The notes under the pieces were generated by a model. It was not told the origin of the DNA. It saw only the letters and a list, made by a program, of their open reading frames with translations, and ran no database searches. A stretch of 64,000 bases of DNA from Candidatus Marinacidobacterales bacterium (GTDB lineage Bacteria > Acidobacteriota > Vicinamibacteria > Marinacidobacterales > DATDRI01), in the NCBI GenBank assembly GCA_965226495.1, contig OZ245365.1, forward strand, positions 2,048,001 through 2,112,000. The letters are read 5' to 3'. Made by a program: the position numbers and the translations under genes. Shown here piece by piece: positions 1 to 9,640 of the stretch (position 1 is the stretch's first letter; each line of letters begins with the position of its first letter).

Positions 1-410
1 GTTTCCTTAGATCCATGTTCGAGCTCTTCGATCGTCACGAGGTCGCCGTCGACTTGGTCTCGACTTCCGAGGTCAGCGTCTCCTTGACCGTCGACTCGGT
101 TGAGAAGATATCCGCTATCGTGGAGGAGCTCTCGCAGTTCTCCGAGGTGACGGTGGAAAGAGAATGCGCCATCGTGTGTTTGGTGGGGGAAGAAATCCGC
201 TCTACTCCACGCATCGCTGCTCGTTCCTTGAGTGCCCTTGGTGACATCAACGTGAGAATGATCTCTCAAGGGGCGTCGGAAATGAATCTCTCGTTTGTGG
301 TACGAGAGGGAGATGCCGACGAAGGGGTCAAGAGGCTGCACCGCGAGTTTTTCACCGGCATCGATCGGCCCGAGGTCTTCGAGGAGGTGGATACGGAGAT
401 GGTGCCTTGA
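1..410 (+). CDS. lysC: Aspartate kinase, C-terminal ACT domains (5'-truncated by window)
   Basis: VDLVSTSEVSVSLT and MISQGASEMNLSFVV ACT-domain motifs; directly upstream of dapB/dapA/dapD. Confidence 0.9.
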   Translation, partial: FLRSMFELFDRHEVAVDLVSTSEVSVSLTVDSVEKISAIVEELSQFSEVTVERECAIVCLVGEEIRSTPRIAARSLSALGDINVRMISQGASEMNLSFVVREGDADEGVKRLHREFFTGIDRPEVFEEVDTEMVP

Positions 411-1144
411 TCCTGGGACTCACCGGCCAAGGTCGCATGGGCAGAGAGGTGGAGCGGCTGGCTCTTCAAGGCGGACACGAGATTGGGCTCTCTTTGGACG
501 AGCACTCGAACCCGGACGGGGTGGGCCTCACTAAGGATGCCTTGGCCGGAATGGACGTCGTCATAGATTTTAGCTGGCCCGAAGCCGTTCTCGAGAACAT
601 CCGTCGGGTAGCAGAGGCAGGTGTTCCCATGGTGGTGGGGACGACCGGATGGTACGATCACCTCGAAAAAGCGCGGGAGTTGATCGAGACACACCAAACG
701 GCGCTCGTCTACGGCGCGAATTTTTCGATCGGGGCTAATCTCTTCTTGAAGCTCGCAAAGATCGCCACCCGGCTCTTCGACCCTTTCCCTGCGTACGACC
801 CTTACGTTTTTGAGCAACACCATCGGGACAAGGTCGATGCGCCCAGTGGAACCGCCCTACGCCTAGCGGAGATCGTCGTCGCTAACACGGACCGCAAGAC
901 CCGCGTGCAGATCGGAAACCCGGAGGGGACGATCGATCCCGAAGCGCTTCACGTCTCTTCGCTAAGGGCGGGAGGGGCATCGGGTCGACACGACGTGGGG
1001 TTCGATAGTGCAGCCGACAGCGTGGAAATAGTGCATACCGCTCGCAACCGGGAAGGCTTCGCGCGGGGCGCGCTTTTTGCCGCGGAGTGGATCCGCGGCA
1101 AGAAAGGCGTGTTCGAGTTCGCCGATTTATTGGAGTTGGAGTGA
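407..1144 (+). CDS. dapB: 4-hydroxy-tetrahydrodipicolinate reductase
   Basis: GxGRMG dinucleotide fold, VVGTTG, EQHHRDKVDAPSGTA signature. Confidence 0.95.
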   Translation: MILGLTGQGRMGREVERLALQGGHEIGLSLDEHSNPDGVGLTKDALAGMDVVIDFSWPEAVLENIRRVAEAGVPMVVGTTGWYDHLEKARELIETHQTALVYGANFSIGANLFLKLAKIATRLFDPFPAYDPYVFEQHHRDKVDAPSGTALRLAEIVVANTDRKTRVQIGNPEGTIDPEALHVSSLRAGGASGRHDVGFDSAADSVEIVHTARNREGFARGALFAAEWIRGKKGVFEFADLLELE

Positions 1145-1147
1145 GCC

Positions 1148-2056
1148 ATGAGTGAGCCGTGGCAGGGAACCTATACTGCGGTAGTGACGCCTTTTCGCGC
1201 CGACGGAGCCGTGGACGACGAAACGCTCGAGAGGCTGGTGGATCTTCAAATTGAAGGAGGCGTGGAGGGAATCGTTCCTTGTGGCACAACCGGGGAAAGC
1301 GTCACTCTGAGCGGCGAGGAGCAGCTTCGCGTTATTCAAGTGGTACGAGACCGAGTCGACACGCGGGTTCGGGTGATCGCCGGTGTCGGCGGGAACGCTA
1401 CTGAGAAGGTCGTGGCTCAGGCTCGCGCCGCCGCGTCGTTGGGGGTCGAGGGGATTCTGTCCGTCGTTCCTTATTACAACAAACCAACCCAAGAGGGCCT
1501 GTTTCGACACTTTTCCGAATTGGCCGATGCGGTCGAGATACCGGTCATCGTCTACAACGTTCCGGGCCGCACCAGCACGAATCTTTCGCCCTCCACCTTG
1601 ATGCGTCTCGCCGAGCACGGGAACATTCGCGGCGTCAAAGAGGCATCTGGCAACCTCGTTCAAGTGATGGAGATTCTGTCGCGCCGGCCCGACGGCTTCC
1701 GCGTTTTTTCCGGGGAAGACAATCTGACCTTGCCGATTCTGGCTCTCGGCGGCGATGGAGTGATCTCGGTAGTCTCGAACGAAGTGCCGATGCTGATGAG
1801 TCGGATGGTTCAAGAGGCGTTGGCCGGGAGACTGCCCAACGCCCGCGACATCCATTTCCGACTCTTGGGTTTGATGAACGCAAATTTCATCGAGACGAAT
1901 CCCATCCCGGTCAAGGCGGCTCTGGCGATGATGGGACTTATTGGTGAACACTATCGCCTTCCGCTGGTGCCGATGAGCGCAGAGAATCGCAGGCGACTTC
2001 GTGAGCACCTGCTGCAATTGGAGCTGGTCGAGGAGTTGACCGGTAACAGGAGCTAA
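1148..2056 (+). CDS. dapA: 4-hydroxy-tetrahydrodipicolinate synthase
   Basis: GTTGES, YNVPGRT, GVKEASG, TNPIPVK motifs. Confidence 0.96.
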   Translation: MSEPWQGTYTAVVTPFRADGAVDDETLERLVDLQIEGGVEGIVPCGTTGESVTLSGEEQLRVIQVVRDRVDTRVRVIAGVGGNATEKVVAQARAAASLGVEGILSVVPYYNKPTQEGLFRHFSELADAVEIPVIVYNVPGRTSTNLSPSTLMRLAEHGNIRGVKEASGNLVQVMEILSRRPDGFRVFSGEDNLTLPILALGGDGVISVVSNEVPMLMSRMVQEALAGRLPNARDIHFRLLGLMNANFIETNPIPVKAALAMMGLIGEHYRLPLVPMSAENRRRLREHLLQLELVEELTGNRS

Positions 2057-2058
2057 GT

Positions 2059-2913
2059 GTGACGACGAAGGCAAAGACTGCTCTACAAGAAACCATCGAA
2101 CGGCTATTCGAGCTCGAGGGGGCCGACCTTCCATCAGATGCAGAGAGCTCTTTCCTCGAGTTCAGGGCGATGCTGTCCCGAGGTAAGGTGCGCGCCGCGG
2201 AGCTGGGGCCTCATGGTTGGGTCGTCAACACGTGGGTGAAGAAGGGGATCTTGCTGGGATTCCGCCTCGGACGAATCGAGGATTTCTCACTGAAGACGCC
2301 GCCGATGCGGTTTTTCGACAAGCACACGTTTCCGCTTCGGGATCTGGAGCTCGAAGAACAGGTTAGGGTGGTCCCGGGCGGTTCTTCCATTCGGGCCGGG
2401 GCGTTCGTGGGCCGAGGAGTCGTCTGCATGCCACCGATGTATGTGAACGTCGGTGCCTACGTGGATGAAGGGACTATGATCGATTCCCACGCGCTGGTAG
2501 GATCCTGCGCTCAGGTCGGCAAGCGCGTACACGTTTCCGCCGCCGCGCAGATTGGTGGTGTTCTCGAGCCGGTGGGAGCGATGCCGGTGATCATCGAAGA
2601 TCGCGTGTTGGTGGGAGGAAACTGCGGGGTGTACGAAGGTACTATCGTAAAGAAGGAAGCGGTATTGGCACCCGGGACAATATTGACTAGGTCCACGCCC
2701 GTCTACGACCTAGTGAACGAAACGGTGCTGCGTGCAAACGAGGACTCCCCCTTGACCATACCTCGAGGCGCGGTGGTAGTACCGGGTAGCCGTCCGGCGC
2801 GGGGAAACCTCGCCTTGCGAGAGGGCCTCCATCTCTACGCACCTATCATCGTCAAGTACCGCGATCCCGGAACCGATGCCGCGGTGGCGCTGGAAAGCGC
2901 ACTGCGTCCTTAG
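2059..2913 (+). CDS. dapD: Tetrahydrodipicolinate N-succinyltransferase
   Basis: WVKKGILLGF, hexapeptide repeats VNVGAYVDEGTMIDSHALVGSCAQVGK, IGGVLEP. Confidence 0.93.
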   Translation: MTTKAKTALQETIERLFELEGADLPSDAESSFLEFRAMLSRGKVRAAELGPHGWVVNTWVKKGILLGFRLGRIEDFSLKTPPMRFFDKHTFPLRDLELEEQVRVVPGGSSIRAGAFVGRGVVCMPPMYVNVGAYVDEGTMIDSHALVGSCAQVGKRVHVSAAAQIGGVLEPVGAMPVIIEDRVLVGGNCGVYEGTIVKKEAVLAPGTILTRSTPVYDLVNETVLRANEDSPLTIPRGAVVVPGSRPARGNLALREGLHLYAPIIVKYRDPGTDAAVALESALRP

Positions 2914-2925
2914 TCGGCTCAACTC

Positions 2926-4056
2926 TTGGAAAAGCCCGCTTCACGCCTCGACGGGGTAGGGATTTCTCTTATCCGTCGCGTCCTGGAGGCCGCCCCGAAA
3001 GACGCCATCAACCTGGGATTCGGAGAGCCCAACTTCGATACCCCACGTGCGATTCTCCGTGCTGCACACGAGGCACTCGACGAGGGCCGGCTTGGCTACA
3101 CGGCGACCGCGGGCCTGCCCGAATTGCGCCAGGCCATAGCGGAGTACTCGGGCGGTCGACTCAGTCCCGACTCGGTGCTCGTTACGGTGGGAGCCCAAGA
3201 GGCGCTTTTCGCGACCATGTTGGCGTGGCTTGGTCCAGGGCAGGAAGTCCTGGTTCCCGACCCAGGTTTCCCCGCTTATCCGGCGATTGCGAGGCTGGCC
3301 GGTGCGTCGCCCGTTGCTTATCCCCTGCGCGCCTCGAATGGCTTTCAGTTCCGCGCCGCCGCTCTCGAGCCTCTGATTTCGGCGCGCACGCGGGCACTGG
3401 TATTGAATAGCCCGGCCAATCCCACCGGAGTGATTATTCCTTTCGAGGAGCTTCGGGCTGTCGCGAAGCTCGCGGCAGATCACGAGCTCCTCGTGATCTC
3501 CGACGAGGTGTATCGGGAGATCTACTTCGGAGATCGGCCGCCCTCCTATCTAGACGTCAGCACCGACGGAGTCGTCGTCTCGAGTCTTTCCAAGGTGGCG
3601 AGCATGACCGGCTGGCGTCTCGGTTGGGCGGTAGGCACGCCCGAGCGGATGGAGCCGATTCGGGTCATCCACCAGTACGCCGTGACGTGTGCGCCGGCTC
3701 ACTCTCAAAAGGCCGCTCTCACAGCGTTCGGAACCAGTGCCCAACGGGAGGCGGAGTCTTTCCGGCGTGAGCTCAGGCATCGCAGGGATCTTCTCGCAAC
3801 ACTGGCTCGAGAGCGCTTGGGCTTCTCCCCCTTGATTCCGGAGGCGACCTTTTACATGTTGATCGAAGCCGCGCCGGCTGGAGACAGTTTGCGGACCGCA
3901 ATGGAATTGGTCGAGCACGCGCGGGTGATCACGATTCCAGGTGCCGCCTTCGGCGAAGAGGCTAGTCGCTTCTTGCGCTTGTCGTTTTCAGTAGAGGAAG
4001 AAGAGATCCGTCAGGGGATAGAACGTATCCGTGGCGCGGTACCCCGGAATCAATAG
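2926..4056 (+). CDS. PLP-dependent class I/II aminotransferase, probably the DapC-type step of the dap operon
   Basis: NSPANPTG, SDEVY, SLSKVASMTGWRLG; last gene of dap operon (specificity inferred from context). Confidence 0.8.
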   Translation: MEKPASRLDGVGISLIRRVLEAAPKDAINLGFGEPNFDTPRAILRAAHEALDEGRLGYTATAGLPELRQAIAEYSGGRLSPDSVLVTVGAQEALFATMLAWLGPGQEVLVPDPGFPAYPAIARLAGASPVAYPLRASNGFQFRAAALEPLISARTRALVLNSPANPTGVIIPFEELRAVAKLAADHELLVISDEVYREIYFGDRPPSYLDVSTDGVVVSSLSKVASMTGWRLGWAVGTPERMEPIRVIHQYAVTCAPAHSQKAALTAFGTSAQREAESFRRELRHRRDLLATLARERLGFSPLIPEATFYMLIEAAPAGDSLRTAMELVEHARVITIPGAAFGEEASRFLRLSFSVEEEEIRQGIERIRGAVPRNQ

Positions 4057-4241
4057 TAGTCCGAGCAGCTCATGTAGTAGTGGCACCGCGGACAGAGAAG
4101 CTTGCAGCGGTCCTCCCTCAAACTCGCCCCGCAGTTCGGACAAGTCAGGACGAGAATCTCGGGGTCGATCTGTAACTTAGTGGCGGGTTCCTGCTTGTTC
4201 TGTCTATCGAGTGGCTCAGGTGTTTCGCTGAGTTTCCGCAT
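4050..4241 (-). CDS. Small CPxCG zinc-finger protein
   Basis: CPNCG...CKLLCPRC..YMSCSDYY, Cys-rich; follows TPR gene on same strand. Confidence 0.7.
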   Translation of the reverse strand: MRKLSETPEPLDRQNKQEPATKLQIDPEILVLTCPNCGASLREDRCKLLCPRCHYYMSCSDYY

Positions 4242-4253
4242 AGGGGTGGCGAA

Positions 4254-5189
4254 TTAGCGTCGCTTGCCGACCTCTCCCTTGCCAGTGAGGGCCGCCTTGA
4301 AGCGCGGCTCCGAGCGGAGGGCCTCGAACTCCTTGGCTTTTCGTATCTCCGCACGGCGAGGGGGGTGGATGTCGATCGCAGTCTGCAACGCGTCGAGCGC
4401 GGCCTCACGGTCGCCGAGTTTCACGTACGCGATGGCCAGGTTGTAAAAGGCCTCGTCACAGTCCGGATGATTCTTGAGCGCGGCGCGCAGATCCAGTACT
4501 GCGTCTTCGTTGCGACGTAGACGCAGCAGCGCGATACCGCGGTGGAGCAGTGCCGAGTGGTCGTCCGGCTGGCGGTCGAGGGCGCGGGTGAAGCACTCGA
4601 TGGCCTCTTGGGGGCGACCGTTGTCCAGGCGTGCTAGCCCCTTTACGGAGTGAGCCTCGACCGAGGCAGGATCGATCTCCAATATGGCGTCGGCCGCAGC
4701 GATCGCCTCGTCGAACCTGCCGCACTCGATGAGAGCACTGGCCTTGGTAATGCGAGCGTCGAGTTTCTCGGGCGCGAGCTGAATAGCGCGATCGTAGCAA
4801 CTGATCGCCTCTTCGTAGCGCCCGACGTCCGCGAGGGCCGCCCCTCGGTTGTAGACAAAGTCGTCGTTGTCAGGATCAAATTTCAAAATCTCGTCGAAGC
4901 TCTTGAGCGCTTCTTCGGCGCGCCCGAGCTCTCGAAGAACCACCGCCCTATTATGGATGGACGCAAGATGGTTTGGTTGGATGGCAAGAGCCTGCTCATA
5001 ATCGGCGAGTGCGTCTTCCAACCGGTCCATTAGGTCGTAAACGATCCCGCGGTTGTAGTATGCAAAATAGGATTGGTCGTTCAGAGTGAGGGCACGGTTG
5101 AGGTAGCGGAGAGCTCGTTGGGGGTCGTCTTCTTCGATGAACTTCACGCCGAGATCGACGTAGCGTTCATGGAGTGTGATTCGTCCCAT
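4254..5189 (-). CDS. Tetratricopeptide repeat protein
   Basis: Multiple 34-aa TPR units (AYYNRG..., YNRGAAL..., LHRGIAL...). Confidence 0.9.
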   Translation of the reverse strand: MGRITLHERYVDLGVKFIEEDDPQRALRYLNRALTLNDQSYFAYYNRGIVYDLMDRLEDALADYEQALAIQPNHLASIHNRAVVLRELGRAEEALKSFDEILKFDPDNDDFVYNRGAALADVGRYEEAISCYDRAIQLAPEKLDARITKASALIECGRFDEAIAAADAILEIDPASVEAHSVKGLARLDNGRPQEAIECFTRALDRQPDDHSALLHRGIALLRLRRNEDAVLDLRAALKNHPDCDEAFYNLAIAYVKLGDREAALDALQTAIDIHPPRRAEIRKAKEFEALRSEPRFKAALTGKGEVGKRR

Positions 5190-5298
5190 AACCTTTGACG
5201 ACTGTATCAGTCAGGCTGCCAGCATAGCCCCGCCGGGTCTCGCTTTGCAACCGACCTCCGGGGCATGTCTCGCGCTGCAACGCTCCCTCCGGCTCGGG

Positions 5299-6078
5299 TC
5301 ATTTGCGCTGAACGATGACTTCTCGCGCCCCGATGCTGCACTCGCTCTCCGGGCCGGCAGCGATCGTTCCTTTGACAAGAATGCCCAGGCCCTCGCCGAG
5401 AGCGCTGTACGCAACGGGAGCCGAGCCACGTTTCAGACGGGTCGCGCTACCGACGTAGACGACATAGCTTAGACGATCGCTCCCCAGCAGCTCGAAGGAG
5501 TCGTTGTCGATGATTCGCGAAAGCTTACCCGTTCTAGTGACGGTAGCTCCGGGATCCGGGCATTTGGAAGAGGACGCCTTGGCCGGTCGAGTGGCCCGAG
5601 GGGGCGGTCGGGACGACTGTGGTTGGGGTCGTGGTTTGCTCTTTTGGACGCTCGCCGTTTGGGAAACCGTGCTGGACGGGACATCGTTAAGAAGGGTGGC
5701 CGCGGAGAAGGACTTCGTTGCCGGTCTGGAGTCGCCACTCACGCCCTTTACTCGGAACTCGTCCAACAAGATCGCGTTGCCGGTCACCAGGCGCACCTTT
5801 AGGCGGATGAACTCTCCCTCGTTCGCGGAACGGATATCGATCTCACCTAACAGGGTTTCCCTTTGGAAGAACGAGAGGTGGATGTCGCCGGCCGGCAGGC
5901 CGGGGAGCGTGACGGCTCCGTCGTCCTCCGGGACGCCTTCTCTTTCTCGCATCTCGGCGATGGTGACTCGAATCTCGGCGACCGGCAGCTCAGTGTCCAG
6001 GTGGCATCTGACCGTGACGGGAGGCTCGAATTGGGAACTGGGAAGAGTGAGGAGGAGCAGAGTGGTCGCGAGTTGCAT
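5299..6078 (-). CDS. Exported hypothetical protein with Pro/Ser linker and possible DUF5666-like C-terminal beta domain
   Basis: Hydrophobic N-terminus from MQLATTLLLL, Pro-rich linker, C-terminal ...LGEGLGILVKG...AREVIV pattern. Confidence 0.55.
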   Translation of the reverse strand: MQLATTLLLLTLPSSQFEPPVTVRCHLDTELPVAEIRVTIAEMREREGVPEDDGAVTLPGLPAGDIHLSFFQRETLLGEIDIRSANEGEFIRLKVRLVTGNAILLDEFRVKGVSGDSRPATKSFSAATLLNDVPSSTVSQTASVQKSKPRPQPQSSRPPPRATRPAKASSSKCPDPGATVTRTGKLSRIIDNDSFELLGSDRLSYVVYVGSATRLKRGSAPVAYSALGEGLGILVKGTIAAGPESECSIGAREVIVQRK

Positions 6079-6167
6079 GATGTTTCTGATTCGACTCGAG
6101 ATGCATCCTACCCCATTCGAGCCGGAGATCAAACGGCGCAGCCGCCTGAGGTATCATCGAGTCCATT

Positions 6168-7271
6168 GTGGCAAAACAGCCGAAGGGAACTCGGCAGACT
6201 TTACAAGCACGTCTGCTTTCTTGGTATCGACGCCATCGGCGTGAGCTCCCATGGCGGGAGCGGCCCGAACCCTACCGCGTTTGGGTCTCGGAGCTGATGC
6301 TGCAGCAGACGCAAGTCAAGACGGTTGTCCCCTATTTCGAGCGGTTCATTGGCCGGTTTCCCGACGTCGCGATGTTGGCGAGCGCGCCGGAGCACGATGT
6401 CTTGGCCGCGTGGTCGGGGCTAGGTTACTATCGCCGCGCCAAGGCGCTGCACCGAGCAGCCAAATGGGTGATGGAAGAGAACGGTGGTCGTTTTCCAGAG
6501 ACCCTCGATGGATGGCTGTCGCTCCCCGGAGTGGGGAGGTACACCGCGGGTGCGATTCTCTCGATCGCATACGGCCAGCGCCACCCGATCCTGGATGGAA
6601 ACGTCACGCGCGTGTTGTCTCGGATGTTCTTGGTTCGTGGGGATCCTAGGTCCAGCCCGGTCCGAAAGATCCTATGGCAGAAAGCGGAAGATCTGTTGCC
6701 GGCGCGATCGGTGTCGGATTTCAACCAAGCCCTCATGGAGCTGGGAGCGTTGGTATGCACACCGCGCGGTCCCCGGTGTCTGTTGTGCCCCGTTCAGGAA
6801 GATTGCAAGGCGTTTCAGCATGGCGTCCAGGAAGAACTGCCCGAGTTGACCGCCAGAAAGGTCTCCGTTCCCGTCGTGTTTACCGCCGCCGTCATTCGGA
6901 GGCGAGGGAAGGTTTTGATGTATCAGAGGGAGGAGGAAGAGCTCATGCGTGGGCTGTGGGAGTTTCCGGGAGGGTCGTGCCGGGCGGACGAGGAGCCGCG
7001 AGGGGCATTGGTTCGTGAGGCCCGCGAGAGGTATGGGCTTCGGTTGGAGCCGGGTGCGGAGCTCACCCGCGTCAAGCACAACATCATGAACCGACGGATT
7101 ACACTCTACGCCTTCGCCGCGCGACTGACCGACGGTTCGAGCCGCGGCCTGCGGAGTACGCCGAGTAAGAAGTCGCCAGTATGGATCCTACCCGAGAAGG
7201 TAGATGAATATCCCGTCTCCTCAATGACTCTCAAGGTGCTTCGAGGAATAAAAGAGAAAGAAAAACCCTAG
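6168..7271 (+). CDS. mutY: A/G-specific adenine DNA glycosylase
   Basis: WVSELMLQQTQV, WSGLGYYRRA, LPGVGRYTA HhH, CxxxxPxCxxCP Fe-S motif, C-terminal NUDIX-like domain. Confidence 0.96.
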   Translation: MAKQPKGTRQTLQARLLSWYRRHRRELPWRERPEPYRVWVSELMLQQTQVKTVVPYFERFIGRFPDVAMLASAPEHDVLAAWSGLGYYRRAKALHRAAKWVMEENGGRFPETLDGWLSLPGVGRYTAGAILSIAYGQRHPILDGNVTRVLSRMFLVRGDPRSSPVRKILWQKAEDLLPARSVSDFNQALMELGALVCTPRGPRCLLCPVQEDCKAFQHGVQEELPELTARKVSVPVVFTAAVIRRRGKVLMYQREEEELMRGLWEFPGGSCRADEEPRGALVREARERYGLRLEPGAELTRVKHNIMNRRITLYAFAARLTDGSSRGLRSTPSKKSPVWILPEKVDEYPVSSMTLKVLRGIKEKEKP

Positions 7272-7348
7272 ACAGGATTAACAGGATTTACAGAATTGAA
7301 CTGAACGGGACTTTGGTTTTCCTATCCTGCTATCCTGTTATCCGGTCT
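7269..7348. repeat. Palindromic ACAGGAT/ATCCTGT repeat element, copy 1
   Basis: tagacaggattaacaggatttacagaat...atcctgctatcctgttatccggtct; related to 42787 and 50449 copies. Confidence 0.75.
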
Positions 7349-7385
7349 GGTTTTGGGTTTGTCTTTTTCCTGGCTATATTGGTTT

Positions 7386-8534
7386 ATGCGGACGCTTTGC
7401 TTCGTCTTGGCGGTGGGGATTGTCGGCGTGCAAGGCGATCCGGCGGACATGTACAAACGGGGACTGGCGTTTTATAACGGCGGTCGATACGAAGAGGCGC
7501 TCGAGCTTCTCAAGAGTGCTTCGGCCTTTCGCCCGAATGTCCCCGACTACCGGTACAGCCTGGGACTTACCTACTTGAAGTTAGGACAAGCAAAACAAGC
7601 CGCCTACGAGCTAGAGGCGGTGCGGGGCATGATTGGCCTTCGACGAAACACGCGAGTCAAGGAGCCCCAGGTGCTGGTGCATTTGGCAACGGCGTTCATT
7701 CAGCTAAACAAGCTTTCCGGAGCGCGCTCACGTCTGGAGCTTGCTCTCGAACAAGAGCCGGACAACGTACCAGCGCTCTACGCACTCGGCCTCGTCGAGC
7801 AGAAGGAGGGCAACACGGAGCTGGCGTTCGAGCGTTTTCAGATGGTGTTGAAACATGAGCCCGACCATCCGGACGCCAATTTGGCTGTTGCCAAGTTCCT
7901 TCGAGAGCAGGGCAGAGGAGCGGATGCCCTCGAGCGTCTAAGGCATGCCGCCCATGGTGCTCCAGGGAGTGTCCAGCTCCAGCTCGCCTTAGGGGCGGCG
8001 GCCTACGAACAAGGCTTCCCCGACGAAGCGGAGGCGGCCTTTCAACAGGCATTGGCGCTCGAGCCCCAGAACGCAGAAGCGCTGTTCGGCTTCGGGACTC
8101 TGATGCTAGCCAAGAAGCAATACGATGCTGCGATCACGACTTTGGAGCCGTTGACGCGGACCGAGACGCCCCACGACCCCGCGGCATTCAATTTAGCTCA
8201 GGCCTACATGGCGAAGGACAGGAAAGAAGAAGCGCTGGGTGTGCTCGAGGCTCTCGCTACCCGTTCTCCCGAACATCCTAAGGTTCAGTTCACGCTCGCG
8301 CTCGTGTTCGAAATACGGGGAGAGGTGGACCTGGCGGAGGCAGCGTATCGGAGGGAGATTCAGGGTCGGCCGGACTTCGTGCCGGCGTACTTGAACCTCG
8401 CAGCGCTTCTGGAGAAAGAAGGACGGTCGGAAGAAGCGGTCGAGCAGCTTCGGTTGGCACTAGTCCAGAGCTCGGAAGCTTCGCAAGCGGAAAAGATCCA
8501 AGCTGCAATAACGGCCATGGAAGAGAGCGAATAA
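7386..8534 (+). CDS. Exported TPR protein
   Basis: Signal-like N-terminus MRTLCFVLAVGIVG; ~9 TPR units; ATG 7386 preferred over TTG 7353. Confidence 0.85.
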   Translation: MRTLCFVLAVGIVGVQGDPADMYKRGLAFYNGGRYEEALELLKSASAFRPNVPDYRYSLGLTYLKLGQAKQAAYELEAVRGMIGLRRNTRVKEPQVLVHLATAFIQLNKLSGARSRLELALEQEPDNVPALYALGLVEQKEGNTELAFERFQMVLKHEPDHPDANLAVAKFLREQGRGADALERLRHAAHGAPGSVQLQLALGAAAYEQGFPDEAEAAFQQALALEPQNAEALFGFGTLMLAKKQYDAAITTLEPLTRTETPHDPAAFNLAQAYMAKDRKEEALGVLEALATRSPEHPKVQFTLALVFEIRGEVDLAEAAYRREIQGRPDFVPAYLNLAALLEKEGRSEEAVEQLRLALVQSSEASQAEKIQAAITAMEESE

Positions 8535-8537
8535 GAA

Positions 8538-8572
8538 GGCGGCGGCTTCAAATTTGAATTTGAGGCCGCCGC
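8538..8572. terminator. GC-rich hairpin between convergent genes
   Basis: gcggcggcttcaaat-ttga-atttgaggccgccgc inverted repeat right after stop. Confidence 0.65.
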
Positions 8573-8610
8573 TCGTTTATCCCCGGCAGGTCTGTCCGCC
8601 TAGGGAGTGG

Positions 8611-9243
8611 CTATTGGTTTATCGGGTAGCCGAATGATCGCTCGATGATGATGGGAGACCCGGTCGATCCGCCTTGCCCGCATGCACCACCGCGGCCGCG
8701 ACCGATGCCGGACACACCGATACCTCCCCATCCTCCCTTACGACCTCGCTTGCCCGGTCTTCCCTCGCCGTCGCCGAATCGCGCCTGCGAAATGGCTCCC
8801 GGTATGAGCTCCTCAGGAGCGTCGGGAAGAGCCAGGGCCACCTGTACCGCCGCTGGTGCGTCGAACGCCACGGTGTCTACTCGCAGGGCGGTCAGGTTCA
8901 GGCCGGGGTTCGATGCTTCCTGCTGGTCTTCAGAAATCGGAGCGGGTTGTTGCCTTGGTGCGCGTTCATCCAGGTTGGGGAACTTCGGCAAGCGAATCTG
9001 CTCCGGCAGGAGATCGGCCGGTACCTGAGAGTCGGAGGCCGTGCGGACCGACTCGCTGCTAGCGTACCCGGCGAATCCCGCGGTGTCTCTCGCTACCTGG
9101 TCGGTAGAGGGAGGAGCCCCGATGAGAAACGCGAGCACGAACAGCCCGAGCCCTTGAAGCGCCACGACGAGGGGAAGGCTTTCCGATTTGCGCCAACTCC
9201 CCATGGTGATCGAGCTCGTATTGCCGGTCACTCGAGAAGCCAT
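8611..9243 (-). CDS. Hypothetical single-TM protein with Pro-rich linker and Gly/Arg-rich C-terminus
   Basis: GGAGG RBS before ATG 9243; one hydrophobic helix; low complexity. Confidence 0.55.
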   Translation of the reverse strand: MASRVTGNTSSITMGSWRKSESLPLVVALQGLGLFVLAFLIGAPPSTDQVARDTAGFAGYASSESVRTASDSQVPADLLPEQIRLPKFPNLDERAPRQQPAPISEDQQEASNPGLNLTALRVDTVAFDAPAAVQVALALPDAPEELIPGAISQARFGDGEGRPGKRGRKGGWGGIGVSGIGRGRGGACGQGGSTGSPIIIERSFGYPINQ

Positions 9244-9350
9244 GAACACCTCCTCAGATTGGAACTTGCTTGGCTTCCAATCGGCTCGGCGGGCCCCGCC
9301 AAGTTGCCCCAGCGAGTTGAGGGGCCCACCTCACCTAAGCGATTACTCTA

Positions 9351-9367
9351 GGCAAAAGGGATGCCAG
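9351..9367 (-). promoter_or_regulatory. Putative sigma-54 promoter (-24/-12)
   Basis: Minus strand CTGGCATCCCTTTTGCC = TGGCA-N6-TTGC with exact GG-N10-GC spacing, ~110 bp upstream of the 9243 start. Confidence 0.6.
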
Positions 9368-9640
9368 AAGGTGTGAGGCATTTAACATCCGCGAACAAAA
9401 GGACTTCCGGACCAAAGCCTCACTGAGCTTGCGTCATCATCAAGGGACAGTTGACCGCTTTTTTGGGCGTTCTTCAGTCTGTGAAGGCGTCGGGCCGAAG
9501 GGACGGCAAACTGTCGGGTGCCGCCCCGTGTCTGGCGTCAAAGCAGGAGGGGAAGTAGCCAGGCGTCGGTTGCCGGTTTCGACGAAGTCAAGGCGCCCGT
9601 GTGCGCTTGTGCTAGTATGAATAGTTTTTCCGAGGTTCCG

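Noticed and set aside
9370-9640. T-box leader or N-terminal extension of leuS (ORF from 9518)
   Set aside because: No T-box consensus or terminator seen; LeuS-like sequence starts at ATG 9641
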